64,000 nucleotides of DNA from Candidatus Scatosoma sp. Lineage in GTDB: Bacteria > Bacillota > Clostridia > Christensenellales > Borkfalkiaceae. The notes below the pieces were generated by a model. The model was not told where the DNA came from and searched no databases. It saw only the letters and a list, made by a program, of their open reading frames with translations. The translations under genes were made by a program, and so were the position numbers. The stretch is from NCBI GenBank assembly GCA_045612895.1, contig JAZKZY010000122.1, positions 4,171 to 68,170 on the forward strand, in the 5' to 3' direction. Positions 24,760 to 35,304 of the stretch are shown in pieces; position 1 is the first letter of the stretch; each line of letters opens with the position of its first letter.

Positions 24760-27408
24760 ATGAAAAAACAAAAAAAGAAAATTTACAATGCCGTGCTTGG
24801 CTTGTTGGCGAGTGTGTTTGCGTCCTCCATATTGTTGGGCGTAAACAGCTTGCATACGGCGGATGCGGCTGTAATGGAACAAACCGTCTATTCGGACGAT
24901 TTCAATGCGGAAACATTATCGGATAACTGGACGGTAAATAATGCAAAAATTTCGTCGGATTACGCATCCTTGCGTGTACAACCTACGGAAAGTTCTTGGC
25001 CTGCGCATATCCTTTGCCAAGGTTACAAGCTGGAAGGGGATTGTCGTTTAGAAATGCAAGTGCAGGAATTACCGACGGCAAATCCCTCCTGGTTTGCGCT
25101 TTCTTTTGGCTCGCCTTCTACCATTAGCATTTTTGAAAAGGCGTCGGGCGCGTTGATTTTTGCAAACAATACAACCCTTTTGTTTAAGGAAGGGGTAGAT
25201 CAAAAGAAAGATATGCCTTATTCCGCTTTGACAACCGAGGTTTCTACCGTTGTTTTGGATTTTGAAATGCAAAAAAACGGCGCCTATAACATTACGTACA
25301 CCGTAAAGAGAGGTGGCGCGCTTGTAGGTACTACGCTGATTGAAAATTTTGCGGTTCAAAATGGTTATTTTGGCTTTAATACCTATGGCGTAAACTTTGA
25401 CGTATTGTCTTTTGACGTGTATGAAGGTGCTGAAAAGGTATATAGCGACAACTTTACCTCTTCTGTGATGTCTTACGATGACAACGTGGTGAAAGGGGCG
25501 GCTTGGGTTGCATTGTCTCCCTTTACCTCCGCAACGGCGTCGATCGCGCCCGTGGGGTCGTTGGATATTAGTGCAAGCGGCGCAAATGCTATATATAAAG
25601 ATGCTTTCGTGAAAAAATCAACGGAAGTTTCTACCCTTTACGAAGTATCCGCAAAGTTTGATTTCTCGAACGCGCAAGAAGGTGTCGCAACTGGTTTTGA
25701 AATTGCCAAGGCAACGCCGGAAGCGGAAGGGGTATTTGTAGGGTTAACCCGCAAATCGGATGCTTATCAAATCATTTTATCCGCAGGAGACAAAGAAGAG
25801 AAGATTGCGTTGGGTGGAACGCCTGCTGATGGGGTTTGGAACGTGAACCTTGCGGCAAACTATGACAATTCGCTTGACGTTACAGTAAATGGTTTCAGCG
25901 CGAGCTTTGACTTGGATACTTCGGTAGAAGGCTATCTTGGTCTTATCACCTCGGACAAGTATGCAATCGGCGTAGGCGCGCTCGTGGATGATTTCTCCTT
26001 CCAACGCTATATATATAATGATAGCGGCGCAAAGGACATGAAAATGAACTTTAACGGCACGCGTGAGTTTGAGGATGAGGAAGGCAAGTATTATCAATAT
26101 TACTTCCCTATGAAAGACTGGTACGCAGGCAGTAACGTTCGTGTGGCGAACTATGGCTTTACGGACAACGGCTACGTTTTATTTGGTAACGCTTCGATGG
26201 ACTCCACGTTTGGCCCTAAGGTGAAATATGGCGATTGTATCGTTCGCTTTGACCTTACCATGGTAGGTAGTGATTATTACTACGATAACCCCGAAGGATA
26301 TTACAATCCTTTGACAGGGGTAGGTGCTTGCGAAGCTGAATGCTTTGGCTTGCAATTTGGCTCTAAGAGTTATAAGAATATTTATATTAACGCGCAATCC
26401 TTGGGTATTGCAACCTACAATGCTAAGAGTGTTTACTACACAACGAATTGTGTGCGCGCTTCTGGTTCGGATGCGATCTATCGTCCAAACACCGCTCCTA
26501 CTGCTGAAAATGCATACGATTTATTTAGAAAGGGCGCAAGCTATAACTTTATGTACGTAATTAAAAATGGTACGGTTAGCATGCACTTTAAGGAAGCAAA
26601 CGAAGATGAAAGCGTACTTGGTATTGTGCGTGAATACGTAACGGGCGTAGATACCAACGGTTATTTGGCTGTATATGGCGCAAATGGTGTGGACTTCCGT
26701 TTGGATAATTTCTCCGTAACGAATTTGGATCGTACCTATGCTTCGTCCGAATATACTGGCGACAGCGATTTGAAAACGTTGCGCGTGGACGTAACGAACG
26801 GCGACGATTTATCGGCGTTTAATATGACCGCGAATACCTTGACCACGAAAGGGGTAACGGGTAGCAACATTACGAGAGTGACGCTTGGCGCGGTAAACAG
26901 CTTTAGCTATAAGCAGGGTAGTTTAGAAATTGCCTTTACGAATGACGGCGCAAAGGTTACGGACGGCGTAAATATCAAGGAGATTGCATTTGATAAGCCT
27001 TTGTTGATTAGAGGCGCAACCTTGGAAATTACTCGTATCAATGATATGGTAAGCGTTGGTTTTGCGAATGCAGGCGCACCTCTTACTGCGATTGATGACA
27101 ATACGTATTCCGTATCTGGCTTGAAAGCCGCAGGTAGAGAACAAATTGTGCTTACCGCAAATGGTGGCCTTGAGGTTGAAAAGATTGCGATCTTTAACTT
27201 GGATTCGAAGGTGGATATTACCCCGAGAAACTTTGATGCGGAAATAGACGTTATGCAACCTTGGGTTGTACGTGAAACCATTCAAGGCAAAGGTGTGGAT
27301 ATTTGGGTTTGGGTGCTTATCGGTGTAGGTGCAGCGGTGGCAGTAGCAACGCCCGTGGTAGTTATTTTAATAAGGAAGAAGAAAAATGAAAAAGACAAGA
27401 TGGAATAA
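24760..27408 (+). CDS. Large membrane-anchored surface protein (882 aa), function unknown
   Basis: RBS AGGAG and signal peptide (…NSLHTADA). Repeated beta-rich segments open with YSDDFNAE / YSDNFTSS, possibly lectin/LamG-like (inference only). C-terminal TM helix plus RKKKNEKDKME. Confidence 0.7.
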   Translation: MKKQKKKIYNAVLGLLASVFASSILLGVNSLHTADAAVMEQTVYSDDFNAETLSDNWTVNNAKISSDYASLRVQPTESSWPAHILCQGYKLEGDCRLEMQVQELPTANPSWFALSFGSPSTISIFEKASGALIFANNTTLLFKEGVDQKKDMPYSALTTEVSTVVLDFEMQKNGAYNITYTVKRGGALVGTTLIENFAVQNGYFGFNTYGVNFDVLSFDVYEGAEKVYSDNFTSSVMSYDDNVVKGAAWVALSPFTSATASIAPVGSLDISASGANAIYKDAFVKKSTEVSTLYEVSAKFDFSNAQEGVATGFEIAKATPEAEGVFVGLTRKSDAYQIILSAGDKEEKIALGGTPADGVWNVNLAANYDNSLDVTVNGFSASFDLDTSVEGYLGLITSDKYAIGVGALVDDFSFQRYIYNDSGAKDMKMNFNGTREFEDEEGKYYQYYFPMKDWYAGSNVRVANYGFTDNGYVLFGNASMDSTFGPKVKYGDCIVRFDLTMVGSDYYYDNPEGYYNPLTGVGACEAECFGLQFGSKSYKNIYINAQSLGIATYNAKSVYYTTNCVRASGSDAIYRPNTAPTAENAYDLFRKGASYNFMYVIKNGTVSMHFKEANEDESVLGIVREYVTGVDTNGYLAVYGANGVDFRLDNFSVTNLDRTYASSEYTGDSDLKTLRVDVTNGDDLSAFNMTANTLTTKGVTGSNITRVTLGAVNSFSYKQGSLEIAFTNDGAKVTDGVNIKEIAFDKPLLIRGATLEITRINDMVSVGFANAGAPLTAIDDNTYSVSGLKAAGREQIVLTANGGLEVEKIAIFNLDSKVDITPRNFDAEIDVMQPWVVRETIQGKGVDIWVWVLIGVGAAVAVATPVVVILIRKKKNEKDKME

Positions 27409-28648
27409 ATTAAAAAGTGTTATTGCATCCATTTTAAGCATATTTTGCATTCCTATGACGTTTAGTAGCTGCGATAATTCCAGCGAAATCACGTATGATT
27501 TTGATAAGTCGGGTTTCTTCGGCTTATGTGAAGTATTCGGTGAAATGGGTGGTGCATTAGACCCTGGTATCACGAATGATTGGATTGCGGATATGGCAGG
27601 TGCGCTTGGCGTAAAATCCTTCCGTATGTGGATTAACTATGAGGCGATGTATACGGTAGATGAAAACAATGAATTGATCCCTAACCGTGGTCAAATTGCC
27701 ATTGTTCGCGACGCGGTAGATAAATTGAAGGCAGCAGGGGTAGAAAACTTCCTTGCCATGACAACGTCCTTCGTATATCCTGCTGATTATCCTACGACGA
27801 CGTTTTACGTTGTACCCGATCCTTATGAAGAATATGAAACCTATCTCGAATTCTTAGATTTACAGCAAAAGGCATATAAGGCATTTGCAACTGAATTCCC
27901 CGAGGTTTTATACTATGAACCTGCAAACGAACCTGAATTCGGTGGCTGTATCCATAAAAACGGTTACACGCACGCAGGTAGTGAAGTTGTAAATGCAAAC
28001 TATATGTATACGCAATATGATCAGGTGCGCATTGTTGCCGATTTGTGCTGGTACGTAACGAAAGCCGTGCAAGAGGTGAATCCAAATGCCAAGGTAATGA
28101 ATCCTTCCCTTTGCGGGCTTACGAATACGCCTGACTATTTAGAGGATATTTACAAGGCAATCGAATCCGGCGCATTACCCGTAGGACAAGAAAAGAGTGA
28201 TATTGATCCCGACAATTATTTCCAGTTGTTGAATTGGCACCCTTATACCTTTGGTAGCGATACGGTAAACGAGGCATGGTTACAATTGCAAAATGATATA
28301 TACAACGTTGCAATTGAGCATGGTGACGGCGGCAAACCCGTTTGGTTTACGGAATTTGGTTGGACGGACTGGGGCGAACCGACTCGTCAGGAAACGATTG
28401 CAAACGCGTATGTAGGATTTTATGATATGGTAAAAGCGGAAATGCCGTATGTACAAACGGTAATGGCATTCCGTTTAACGACGCTTGCAACGCAAGATAT
28501 TGACTTGGGCGAAAATAATTTCGGTATTATGTATAATAAAGATGACCCTCTTTATGCTGGTCAGCCGAAACCTGCTGCGATCGCCATTGCAAAATATATT
28601 CGCGGCGAAGATGCGGATTTGTCGGGCTTGTACAAATACGTAAAATAA
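27386..28648 (+). CDS. Clan GH-A-like glycoside hydrolase, lipoprotein
   Basis: The start overlaps the upstream stop by 23 nt. Signal peptide with lipobox-like TFSSC. YYEPANEPEF (acid/base), LLNWHPY, VWFTEFGW (nucleophile). It is a paralogue of the C-terminus of the 2042-aa protein. Confidence 0.75.
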   Translation: MKKTRWNKLKSVIASILSIFCIPMTFSSCDNSSEITYDFDKSGFFGLCEVFGEMGGALDPGITNDWIADMAGALGVKSFRMWINYEAMYTVDENNELIPNRGQIAIVRDAVDKLKAAGVENFLAMTTSFVYPADYPTTTFYVVPDPYEEYETYLEFLDLQQKAYKAFATEFPEVLYYEPANEPEFGGCIHKNGYTHAGSEVVNANYMYTQYDQVRIVADLCWYVTKAVQEVNPNAKVMNPSLCGLTNTPDYLEDIYKAIESGALPVGQEKSDIDPDNYFQLLNWHPYTFGSDTVNEAWLQLQNDIYNVAIEHGDGGKPVWFTEFGWTDWGEPTRQETIANAYVGFYDMVKAEMPYVQTVMAFRLTTLATQDIDLGENNFGIMYNKDDPLYAGQPKPAAIAIAKYIRGEDADLSGLYKYVK

Positions 28649-28663
28649 TAGTGAGTGATAAAA

Positions 28664-29833
28664 ATGGTTAGAAGTAATAGTTTTGAGTTTGGTTTATGTG
28701 AAACTTCCTGCGAGGTGAACGATCACCTCGACAGGGGGTTGACGAATGAAATTATTGCGCATTTTGCAGGTCAATTTGGCGCAAAAGCCATGCGTGTTTG
28801 GTTGCGTTTTCACGAATTTGCGAATTGTGACAGCAACGATAACGTTACGCTGAAAGAAGAACGCGTGGAAAAATTACGCGTATATTTAGATGCCTTGAAG
28901 GCAAAGGGAGTAAAGGATTTTTCTTTACTCTCTTGGTCGTTCTTGTATCCTGAAGATTTTGCTTGTACGGATGGTTGGGCTGTACCCGATCCTGTTGCGG
29001 AAGCGGAAAAATACGTTCGTTTCTTGAACGTGCAGAAAAAACTGTACGAGTTAATTGCACAACGCTTCCCTGATATAGGCTATTTCGAGCCCACAAACGA
29101 GCCCGATGGTATCAGTGGCGATTTCTTGCATCGTGAGGGCTTTACGTTCGGTAAAACGGCGGAAGAGAACAAACTCTACATTTACACGCAGGAAGAAGTG
29201 GTAAAAATTGTTTTGGATTTGTCCTATTATGCAAACGCAGGCGTGAAGAAATACAATGCGAATGCAAAAGTGCTTTTCCCTGGCTTTTGGAACGTGGACA
29301 GCGCACCCATGTACTTGACGAAAATATTTACGGAGTTGCAATCGGGCTCTTACCCTTCCGTTGGTGAAGAGAAATCGGACAAGCAAAATGACTTCTTTGA
29401 AATTATGAATTTCCATCCCTATTCCCTTAAAACGGGTTATATCGACGAGGGCTGGTTGGCAACGCAAACCAACTTGTACGACGTAATGGTGAAGTTTGGT
29501 CAGGCGGATATGCCCGTTTGGTATACGGAAGCCGGCTGGTCGGATATGGGTAGAGAAGAAGAAAAAGAAATCATCTGCGGAAAGTTCTTGAAACTTTTTG
29601 AGGTTGTTCAAGAAAAATTGCCTTTCGTTAAGAAGATTTTCCTTTTCCGTTTGTGCACTTTGGCGGATCGTAAGGAAACGGAGGGTGAAGACAACTTCGG
29701 TTTGATTTACAATGTGTTTGATGAAAAGCGCGGGGGACAGCCGAAACCCGTTGCACTCACCATTGCAAAATATGTGAATGGGGAAGATTATGATTTGACC
29801 CCCATGTATAAGTTTGCGAAGAAACAAGCATAA
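28664..29833 (+). CDS. Clan GH-A-like glycoside hydrolase, no signal peptide (cytoplasmic paralogue)
   Basis: YFEPTNEPDG, IMNFHPY, VWYTEAGW. About 390 aa with no hydrophobic N-terminus. The ORF track starts at GTG 28655; I prefer ATG 28664. Confidence 0.7.
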   Translation: MVRSNSFEFGLCETSCEVNDHLDRGLTNEIIAHFAGQFGAKAMRVWLRFHEFANCDSNDNVTLKEERVEKLRVYLDALKAKGVKDFSLLSWSFLYPEDFACTDGWAVPDPVAEAEKYVRFLNVQKKLYELIAQRFPDIGYFEPTNEPDGISGDFLHREGFTFGKTAEENKLYIYTQEEVVKIVLDLSYYANAGVKKYNANAKVLFPGFWNVDSAPMYLTKIFTELQSGSYPSVGEEKSDKQNDFFEIMNFHPYSLKTGYIDEGWLATQTNLYDVMVKFGQADMPVWYTEAGWSDMGREEEKEIICGKFLKLFEVVQEKLPFVKKIFLFRLCTLADRKETEGEDNFGLIYNVFDEKRGGQPKPVALTIAKYVNGEDYDLTPMYKFAKKQA

Positions 29834-29904
29834 AGACCTTCGATCCATGTTTTGGGATTGAACTTAAATGTTTTACGGTGAGATAGACTATTAAGGAGTT
29901 AGTT

Positions 29905-32900
29905 ATGAAAACATTAACTAAACGCATTTATTTAATCGCTTTAACAGTACTCTTTTCGTTGTGCTGTCTTTTCTTGGCGGTCGTAAACGTAAAGAAAACG
30001 GATGTTAAAGCGGATGTAGCATCCCAAGAAACGATAGAGCCCATGGCAGAATTTATCGCACCTTGGGGCGGCGTGGATATGTACAACAGCGCTGAAAGAG
30101 TTTTATTGCAGTACAATTGTGACGGCACTTGGACGCATACCGATATGGGTAATATTGTGTCCAAGGTTACCTATAAAAACTCGAAGGCGGGTGTATCCCG
30201 TGCTGCAACGGACGCAGATATCGTAGGCTGGGAAAATCAGAAATGGATTGTATTTTTGAACTTGGCTGGTTATGACACGCTTGAAATTGCTGAGGGCGCT
30301 ACCTTCGGCGGTCTTGGTATCCCTGCCATTACCCTTTACAACGTAAATGGTTGTTGGGTAACGACTGCGCCTCATGCGGCGACTGCGAAGTTTACGAACG
30401 TTGCGCCTGGATGGAATAATCAAATAGACCAGGGTTTAAGCAACAATGTTTTGGCCTATGACGTAAACCCTCTTGGTGTTGCGGCGGACGCTACGAACCT
30501 TGCAGCTACGATTAACCGTACTTCTCTCATGGTGAAATACAACGGTAAAACGTTTGCAGAGCTCTACAAGGATGAGAATAATGCAAACGGCACGCAATAT
30601 GTCATTTCCTATGCGCATGCGAATAACTATTTCTATTTCGCAATCCCCGAAGCTGACCTTGTAGATGGGGCAATTTTGGAAATTGAAGAAGGCACGCCCT
30701 TCATGAACAACTACTTGGGCGGTGTGAAGTTTGCCTATAATGTATCTTCGAATGAATGGGAATCCTACATAGACCTTGAATATGGTACGCCTACTTTTGC
30801 GACCGCAACGGCTGCGATGATTGGTGCTTGGGATTGGAACCATCAAACGCAAAATACCGCAGTTATCAAGGATACAAGCTACGGCTATACCATTATCGCG
30901 GATTGGGCTATGACGGCAAACTCGACCAATCTTGCGGCTACAAAGAACGTGACGTCCCTTTCGATTACGTTAAATGGCGTTAGCTTCTATGACTTGTACA
31001 CGGCGGATGATGGGTATAGACTGAATGCACAGCTTGCATATGTTGCATTCTCCGTACCTACGTCGGCACTTTTTGCAAGTAATGGCTATGAGTATCCCAC
31101 ACTCGAAATCGCAAATGGTACACCTTTCTACGAAGGCAACTATTTGCCTGCAACGACCTTGATTTTTAAGGATGGTGCTTGGCAGTTAAAAGTGGATACG
31201 ACCAACTACAATCCTAACTATGTAGCAATTGGTGATATTAATCATTTTGACAACGAGGCGTTGGGTGCGTACGGCTTGTCCTTGGTGTATGATACGGACG
31301 GCTTTACTACGCCTGGCAGTCAGGTTATGGCGGACAGCTGGACTGGATTTAGCTTGAATGGTGAAGAGCAAGACGTTGCGCTTTGGGGCGGCAATCAATT
31401 GTTGTTCTGGATGAAGAAAGAAAAGTGCGCGCCCGGTTATAATGGTTATTCCCATGCAACCTTCGTTATTGCTGAAGGTGCGAAAATAACCAACGCCGAT
31501 GGCAAAGTATTTACCTTTGGCGCTCTTACACTTTATCTTGTGGATGGCGCATGGACGACGGAAAAGCCTGCCGACTACGTGGTGGAGGGGAATAACAACC
31601 TTTCGTTTGTAAGCATTAATACAGTCTTTAACAACGATACGAATGGTTTCTTCATCGCGGAATTCAATACGGAGGCTTGGGCGCAAGCTGTTGTAGCTAG
31701 CAGTTATTCGGGTATTACCTACAACGGTAAGGATATTAGCGACCTTGTTGTGAGCAGCGAAGGGATTAAATCTTATTTGACCAGTTCCCTTTGGTTTACC
31801 TATGCAGTGGGGAATGAAAAGCTCGTTGCTGGTTACAACGGATATTCGCATCCTACCATCAAAATTGCGGAAGATGCAACGGTTGTATTCGATGGTAAAA
31901 CCTATACCTTTAACGAGGTTACGTTCTATCTCGTAGATGAAAAGTGGACGACGGAAAAGCCTGCTGATTATTCGGATGAGCTTGATACGACGAATTATAA
32001 CCCCAGCTTTGTAGCGATTGGCGGTCATAATAATTATGATAACGAGGTATTGAACGCATACGGCTTGTCCTTGATGTATGATACGGACGGCTTTACCGCG
32101 GCGGGCAATCAGGTTATGGCGAACAGCTGGACTGGATTTAGCCTGAATGGTGAAGAACAAACCGTTGCGCTTTGGGGCGTTGATCAGCTCTTATTCTGGA
32201 TGGGAAAAGATAAATGTGCGCCTGGTTATAATGGTTATTCCCATGCGACGCTTGTGATTGAAAACGGCGCAAAAATAATCAACCCTGAAGGGAAAGAATT
32301 TACCTTTGGCGCTCTTACGCTCTACCTTGCAAATGGCGTATGGACGACGGAAATGCCTGCGGACTACGAAGTGGACGTAAACAACAATCTCTCGTTTGTA
32401 ACTATTAACGTAGGCTTTAACAACGATACGAATGGTTTCTTCATCGCGGAATTCAATACCGAAGCTTGGACACAGGGTACTGTGGCTACTGATTATGCTG
32501 GTATTACCTACAACGGCAATGATATTAGCGACCTTGTTGTAAGTGTTGAAGGGATTAAATCTTATTTGACAAGCTCCTTGTGGTTTACCTATGCAGTTGG
32601 GAATGAAAAGCTCGTTGCTGGTTACAACGGATATTCGCATCCTACCATCAAAATTGCGGAAGATGCAATGGTAGTGTTTGCTGGTAAAACCTATACCTTT
32701 AATGAAGTTACGTTCTACCTTGTAGATGAGAAATGGACGACGGAAATGCCCGCTGACTACGAAATTGTAGTATTGCAACCGACGAATTTTGCTGGTATTG
32801 ACAATACGACTACGGCGGATACAATCGTATTGACCTTCTCGGATGAAGTTACTTGGACGGATGATATTGGCAATCTTGCAAATTACGTGCTTTTCGATGG

Positions 32901-35304
32901 CGTAACGACACTTGAAGAAGATGGCGGCAACGTGGTTGTGGATGCTGAAAATAGGACGATTACGATTAACGTGGCGGGCAATTATGCGAAAGCGCAAATT
33001 CTCGCTGGCGGTAATACAGCAGGAGTATTTGTTCCTGCGGTAACGATGTACAGCACGGAAAACGGTTGGTCTTTGTTGCCGCAAAAGGTAAATAACCTTA
33101 TAGGGGTTGGCGTTTTTGGCAACAACAATTTGCCCACGATGAACCTCTATCATACGGTGCTTCAATTTAGTGATTTCTTCGTGATCGGGAATAATACGGC
33201 AAGCGATTTTACGAATATGGCTGCTGACCCGAATAGCGACATCGCAACGAAAGTAAAACTCAATGGTAAGAGCTTCTACGAATGGTATCAAGAAGATAGC
33301 TCCTTCTATATTGGTTATATGGCGGGCGGTAACTATTTGACGTTTGAAATTCCTCAAACGTATCTTGACGGCGCGCCTGAAGAGGGTTACGATTACCACA
33401 CGATTGAAATTGAAGAAGGCGCGGTATATTATGACTGGCTTTTGCCTGAGGTGAAAATTATTTCCTTCTATGGCGTTTGGCTGAGTGCTGATTTTAATCC
33501 CGATCCATTGCCTTATACGGGTATTCCTTATGGTTGGAATTATGTGAAAAACGGTATGTATGTCGATACCATTTTGCAATTTGGCGAATATGGTGTAGAT
33601 TATCTTGGCGCGTATAACGGCAACGTATCTCATGCAGATCCTGCAAACCTTGCACAGCTTGCGTCGGAACAAATCTCGAACAAGCTTACGATCAACGGTG
33701 TTGCGGTAAAAGACATCGCAGGGGTTACCGTTTCTTATGGACATGGGTATAACTTCTTGTACATTTCTATCCCTGTGTATGAACTCTACCCGAATGATGA
33801 TTATAAGTGCGTTGTTCTTCATATTGAAGAAAATACAATTTTCAAGAACTCCGTTTTAAGCGAAGTTACGTTGTATTTGCATAACGGTCAATGGCAAACC
33901 GAAAAGCCTGCGACGGTAGAAACGGATGAAGAAGGTACGTATTTGACGGCAACCGATATCTTTAACGGCGAAGGCAACGAATATTTTGAGAACGGGGTAT
34001 ATGTACTCGCTGATACGGAGGAAAGCGTAGCAATTTCTACGTCTGGGAATGCAAACGTTTACAATTTCTTGTATAAATCCATCTCCGAGGACTTTGATTA
34101 CAGCTTATTTACGGGCGTAAGCGAGCAGTTTGGCGGTGTACGCGTGATGGTTTACCGTAACGCTGGCGCATCCTTGCAAGGCTTCAATATTTACGTGGAT
34201 GGGCGTTTAGAAGGCTCGAAGCAGATTGCATTTACCTATGATGAATGGTATGCGATTAGAATTGCAACGACTCTTGAAAACGGAAAACTTATCGTATCTG
34301 TTGCGGTTGACAGCGTTATCATTCTTCAAGCGGAAGTGGAACACAACGGCGAACTTGGTGACGGTATTCAATTCAAGAAATCGTATGGCGGTTTGATGTT
34401 TGCCGATTTAAAGGCAGGCGATATCAAACATCCTATGATTAACTGGCAGGGTAAAGATTCGTATAGATTTACGGAAGGGGACGAGAAACCTGACGATTCT
34501 ATCTTTATGCGTGCTTTAAGCGCAACGGATAATTACGATAAAGCAGACTTTAGCGCGGAAGACTTTACCATTGAATGGCAAGAAGGCGCTATTCAAGACG
34601 GAAAGTTGGTAGCTGGCGAATGGACGATTACCTTCTCCGTTAGCGATAAAGCAGGCAACGTAGCGTACTTAACGGTGAACGTAGTTGTTGCATCGTTTGA
34701 TAAAGTGAACGTAGCCTTTGACGTAGAGGGTGAAGTGATTAGCCAAGCTACGAAGCAAGGCGCGTTGCTTACAAAACCTGCTGATCCTACGAAAGCAGGA
34801 GATAAGTATGCGAACTATATTTTCGACGGTTGGTATTTAGGCGATAAGAAGTGGGATTTTGCAAACGATTATGCGTTTGAAGATATGGTTCTTGTTGCTG
34901 TATTTACGGCGGAATACAAAGAATATACTGTTACGATTGTTGGCGAAGGGCTTGCAAACGGTTATGCGTACAGCTTAAAGTTACATTATGGTAGCGTGCT
35001 CGACGTAAGCATCTTGGCTCGTGATGGATATTCCTACAAAATCACGAAAGACGGTAAAGAAATCAAGAAGGTTACGGTTGACGGTGATACGGAAATCAAA
35101 GTAGTATATACAAAGACTACTGTAGATCCTTTGCCTGAAGAACCTACGCCTAGCGATCCTACCCCTGAGGATCCCGGTCAAAACGATCTTGGTTGTTTCG
35201 GTGGTGTAAACGCTTCGTTCATGGGATTGCTTTTGGTTGTAATTGCTTCGGTATTGATCTTTGTGAAAAAATCCTTTAAGAAGGAGGGCAAGCAAGATGC
35301 GTAA
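29905..35304 (+). CDS. Giant membrane-anchored surface protein (1799 aa)
   Basis: RBS TAAGGAG. Signal peptide, then about 10 xEGxxF...G.W modules including a 789-nt tandem duplication. DUF5011-like Ig module (DIKHPMINWQG ... SVSDKAGN), Listeria-Bacteroides-repeat-like module (FDGWYLGDKKWDFANDYAFEDMVLVAVF), and a C-terminal GCFG + TM + KKSFKKEGKQDA. Confidence 0.85.
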   Translation: MKTLTKRIYLIALTVLFSLCCLFLAVVNVKKTDVKADVASQETIEPMAEFIAPWGGVDMYNSAERVLLQYNCDGTWTHTDMGNIVSKVTYKNSKAGVSRAATDADIVGWENQKWIVFLNLAGYDTLEIAEGATFGGLGIPAITLYNVNGCWVTTAPHAATAKFTNVAPGWNNQIDQGLSNNVLAYDVNPLGVAADATNLAATINRTSLMVKYNGKTFAELYKDENNANGTQYVISYAHANNYFYFAIPEADLVDGAILEIEEGTPFMNNYLGGVKFAYNVSSNEWESYIDLEYGTPTFATATAAMIGAWDWNHQTQNTAVIKDTSYGYTIIADWAMTANSTNLAATKNVTSLSITLNGVSFYDLYTADDGYRLNAQLAYVAFSVPTSALFASNGYEYPTLEIANGTPFYEGNYLPATTLIFKDGAWQLKVDTTNYNPNYVAIGDINHFDNEALGAYGLSLVYDTDGFTTPGSQVMADSWTGFSLNGEEQDVALWGGNQLLFWMKKEKCAPGYNGYSHATFVIAEGAKITNADGKVFTFGALTLYLVDGAWTTEKPADYVVEGNNNLSFVSINTVFNNDTNGFFIAEFNTEAWAQAVVASSYSGITYNGKDISDLVVSSEGIKSYLTSSLWFTYAVGNEKLVAGYNGYSHPTIKIAEDATVVFDGKTYTFNEVTFYLVDEKWTTEKPADYSDELDTTNYNPSFVAIGGHNNYDNEVLNAYGLSLMYDTDGFTAAGNQVMANSWTGFSLNGEEQTVALWGVDQLLFWMGKDKCAPGYNGYSHATLVIENGAKIINPEGKEFTFGALTLYLANGVWTTEMPADYEVDVNNNLSFVTINVGFNNDTNGFFIAEFNTEAWTQGTVATDYAGITYNGNDISDLVVSVEGIKSYLTSSLWFTYAVGNEKLVAGYNGYSHPTIKIAEDAMVVFAGKTYTFNEVTFYLVDEKWTTEMPADYEIVVLQPTNFAGIDNTTTADTIVLTFSDEVTWTDDIGNLANYVLFDGVTTLEEDGGNVVVDAENRTITINVAGNYAKAQILAGGNTAGVFVPAVTMYSTENGWSLLPQKVNNLIGVGVFGNNNLPTMNLYHTVLQFSDFFVIGNNTASDFTNMAADPNSDIATKVKLNGKSFYEWYQEDSSFYIGYMAGGNYLTFEIPQTYLDGAPEEGYDYHTIEIEEGAVYYDWLLPEVKIISFYGVWLSADFNPDPLPYTGIPYGWNYVKNGMYVDTILQFGEYGVDYLGAYNGNVSHADPANLAQLASEQISNKLTINGVAVKDIAGVTVSYGHGYNFLYISIPVYELYPNDDYKCVVLHIEENTIFKNSVLSEVTLYLHNGQWQTEKPATVETDEEGTYLTATDIFNGEGNEYFENGVYVLADTEESVAISTSGNANVYNFLYKSISEDFDYSLFTGVSEQFGGVRVMVYRNAGASLQGFNIYVDGRLEGSKQIAFTYDEWYAIRIATTLENGKLIVSVAVDSVIILQAEVEHNGELGDGIQFKKSYGGLMFADLKAGDIKHPMINWQGKDSYRFTEGDEKPDDSIFMRALSATDNYDKADFSAEDFTIEWQEGAIQDGKLVAGEWTITFSVSDKAGNVAYLTVNVVVASFDKVNVAFDVEGEVISQATKQGALLTKPADPTKAGDKYANYIFDGWYLGDKKWDFANDYAFEDMVLVAVFTAEYKEYTVTIVGEGLANGYAYSLKLHYGSVLDVSILARDGYSYKITKDGKEIKKVTVDGDTEIKVVYTKTTVDPLPEEPTPSDPTPEDPGQNDLGCFGGVNASFMGLLLVVIASVLIFVKKSFKKEGKQDA
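31204..32781 (+). repeat. Tandem duplication inside the 1799-aa gene (2 x 789 nt, 263 aa)
   Basis: NYNP(N/S)(Y/F)VAIG ... LVDEKWTTE(K/M)PADY occurs twice. ACGGCTTGTC sits at 31271 and 32060 (offset 789). An identical run of about 70 nt (GGGAATGAAAAGCTCGTTGCTGGTTACAACGGATATTCGCATCC...) is present in both units. Confidence 0.9.

Noticed and set aside
31186-33822. Minus-strand ORFs of 324 aa and 543 aa; similar shadow ORFs occur at 521-1444, 8824-9543, 20619-21158, 35987-36874, 40738-41625, 42362-43339, 44541-45326 and 46590-47390
   Set aside because: All are antisense to strong + strand genes with clear motifs. They have Arg/Ile/Phe-rich shadow-ORF composition and no start signals.
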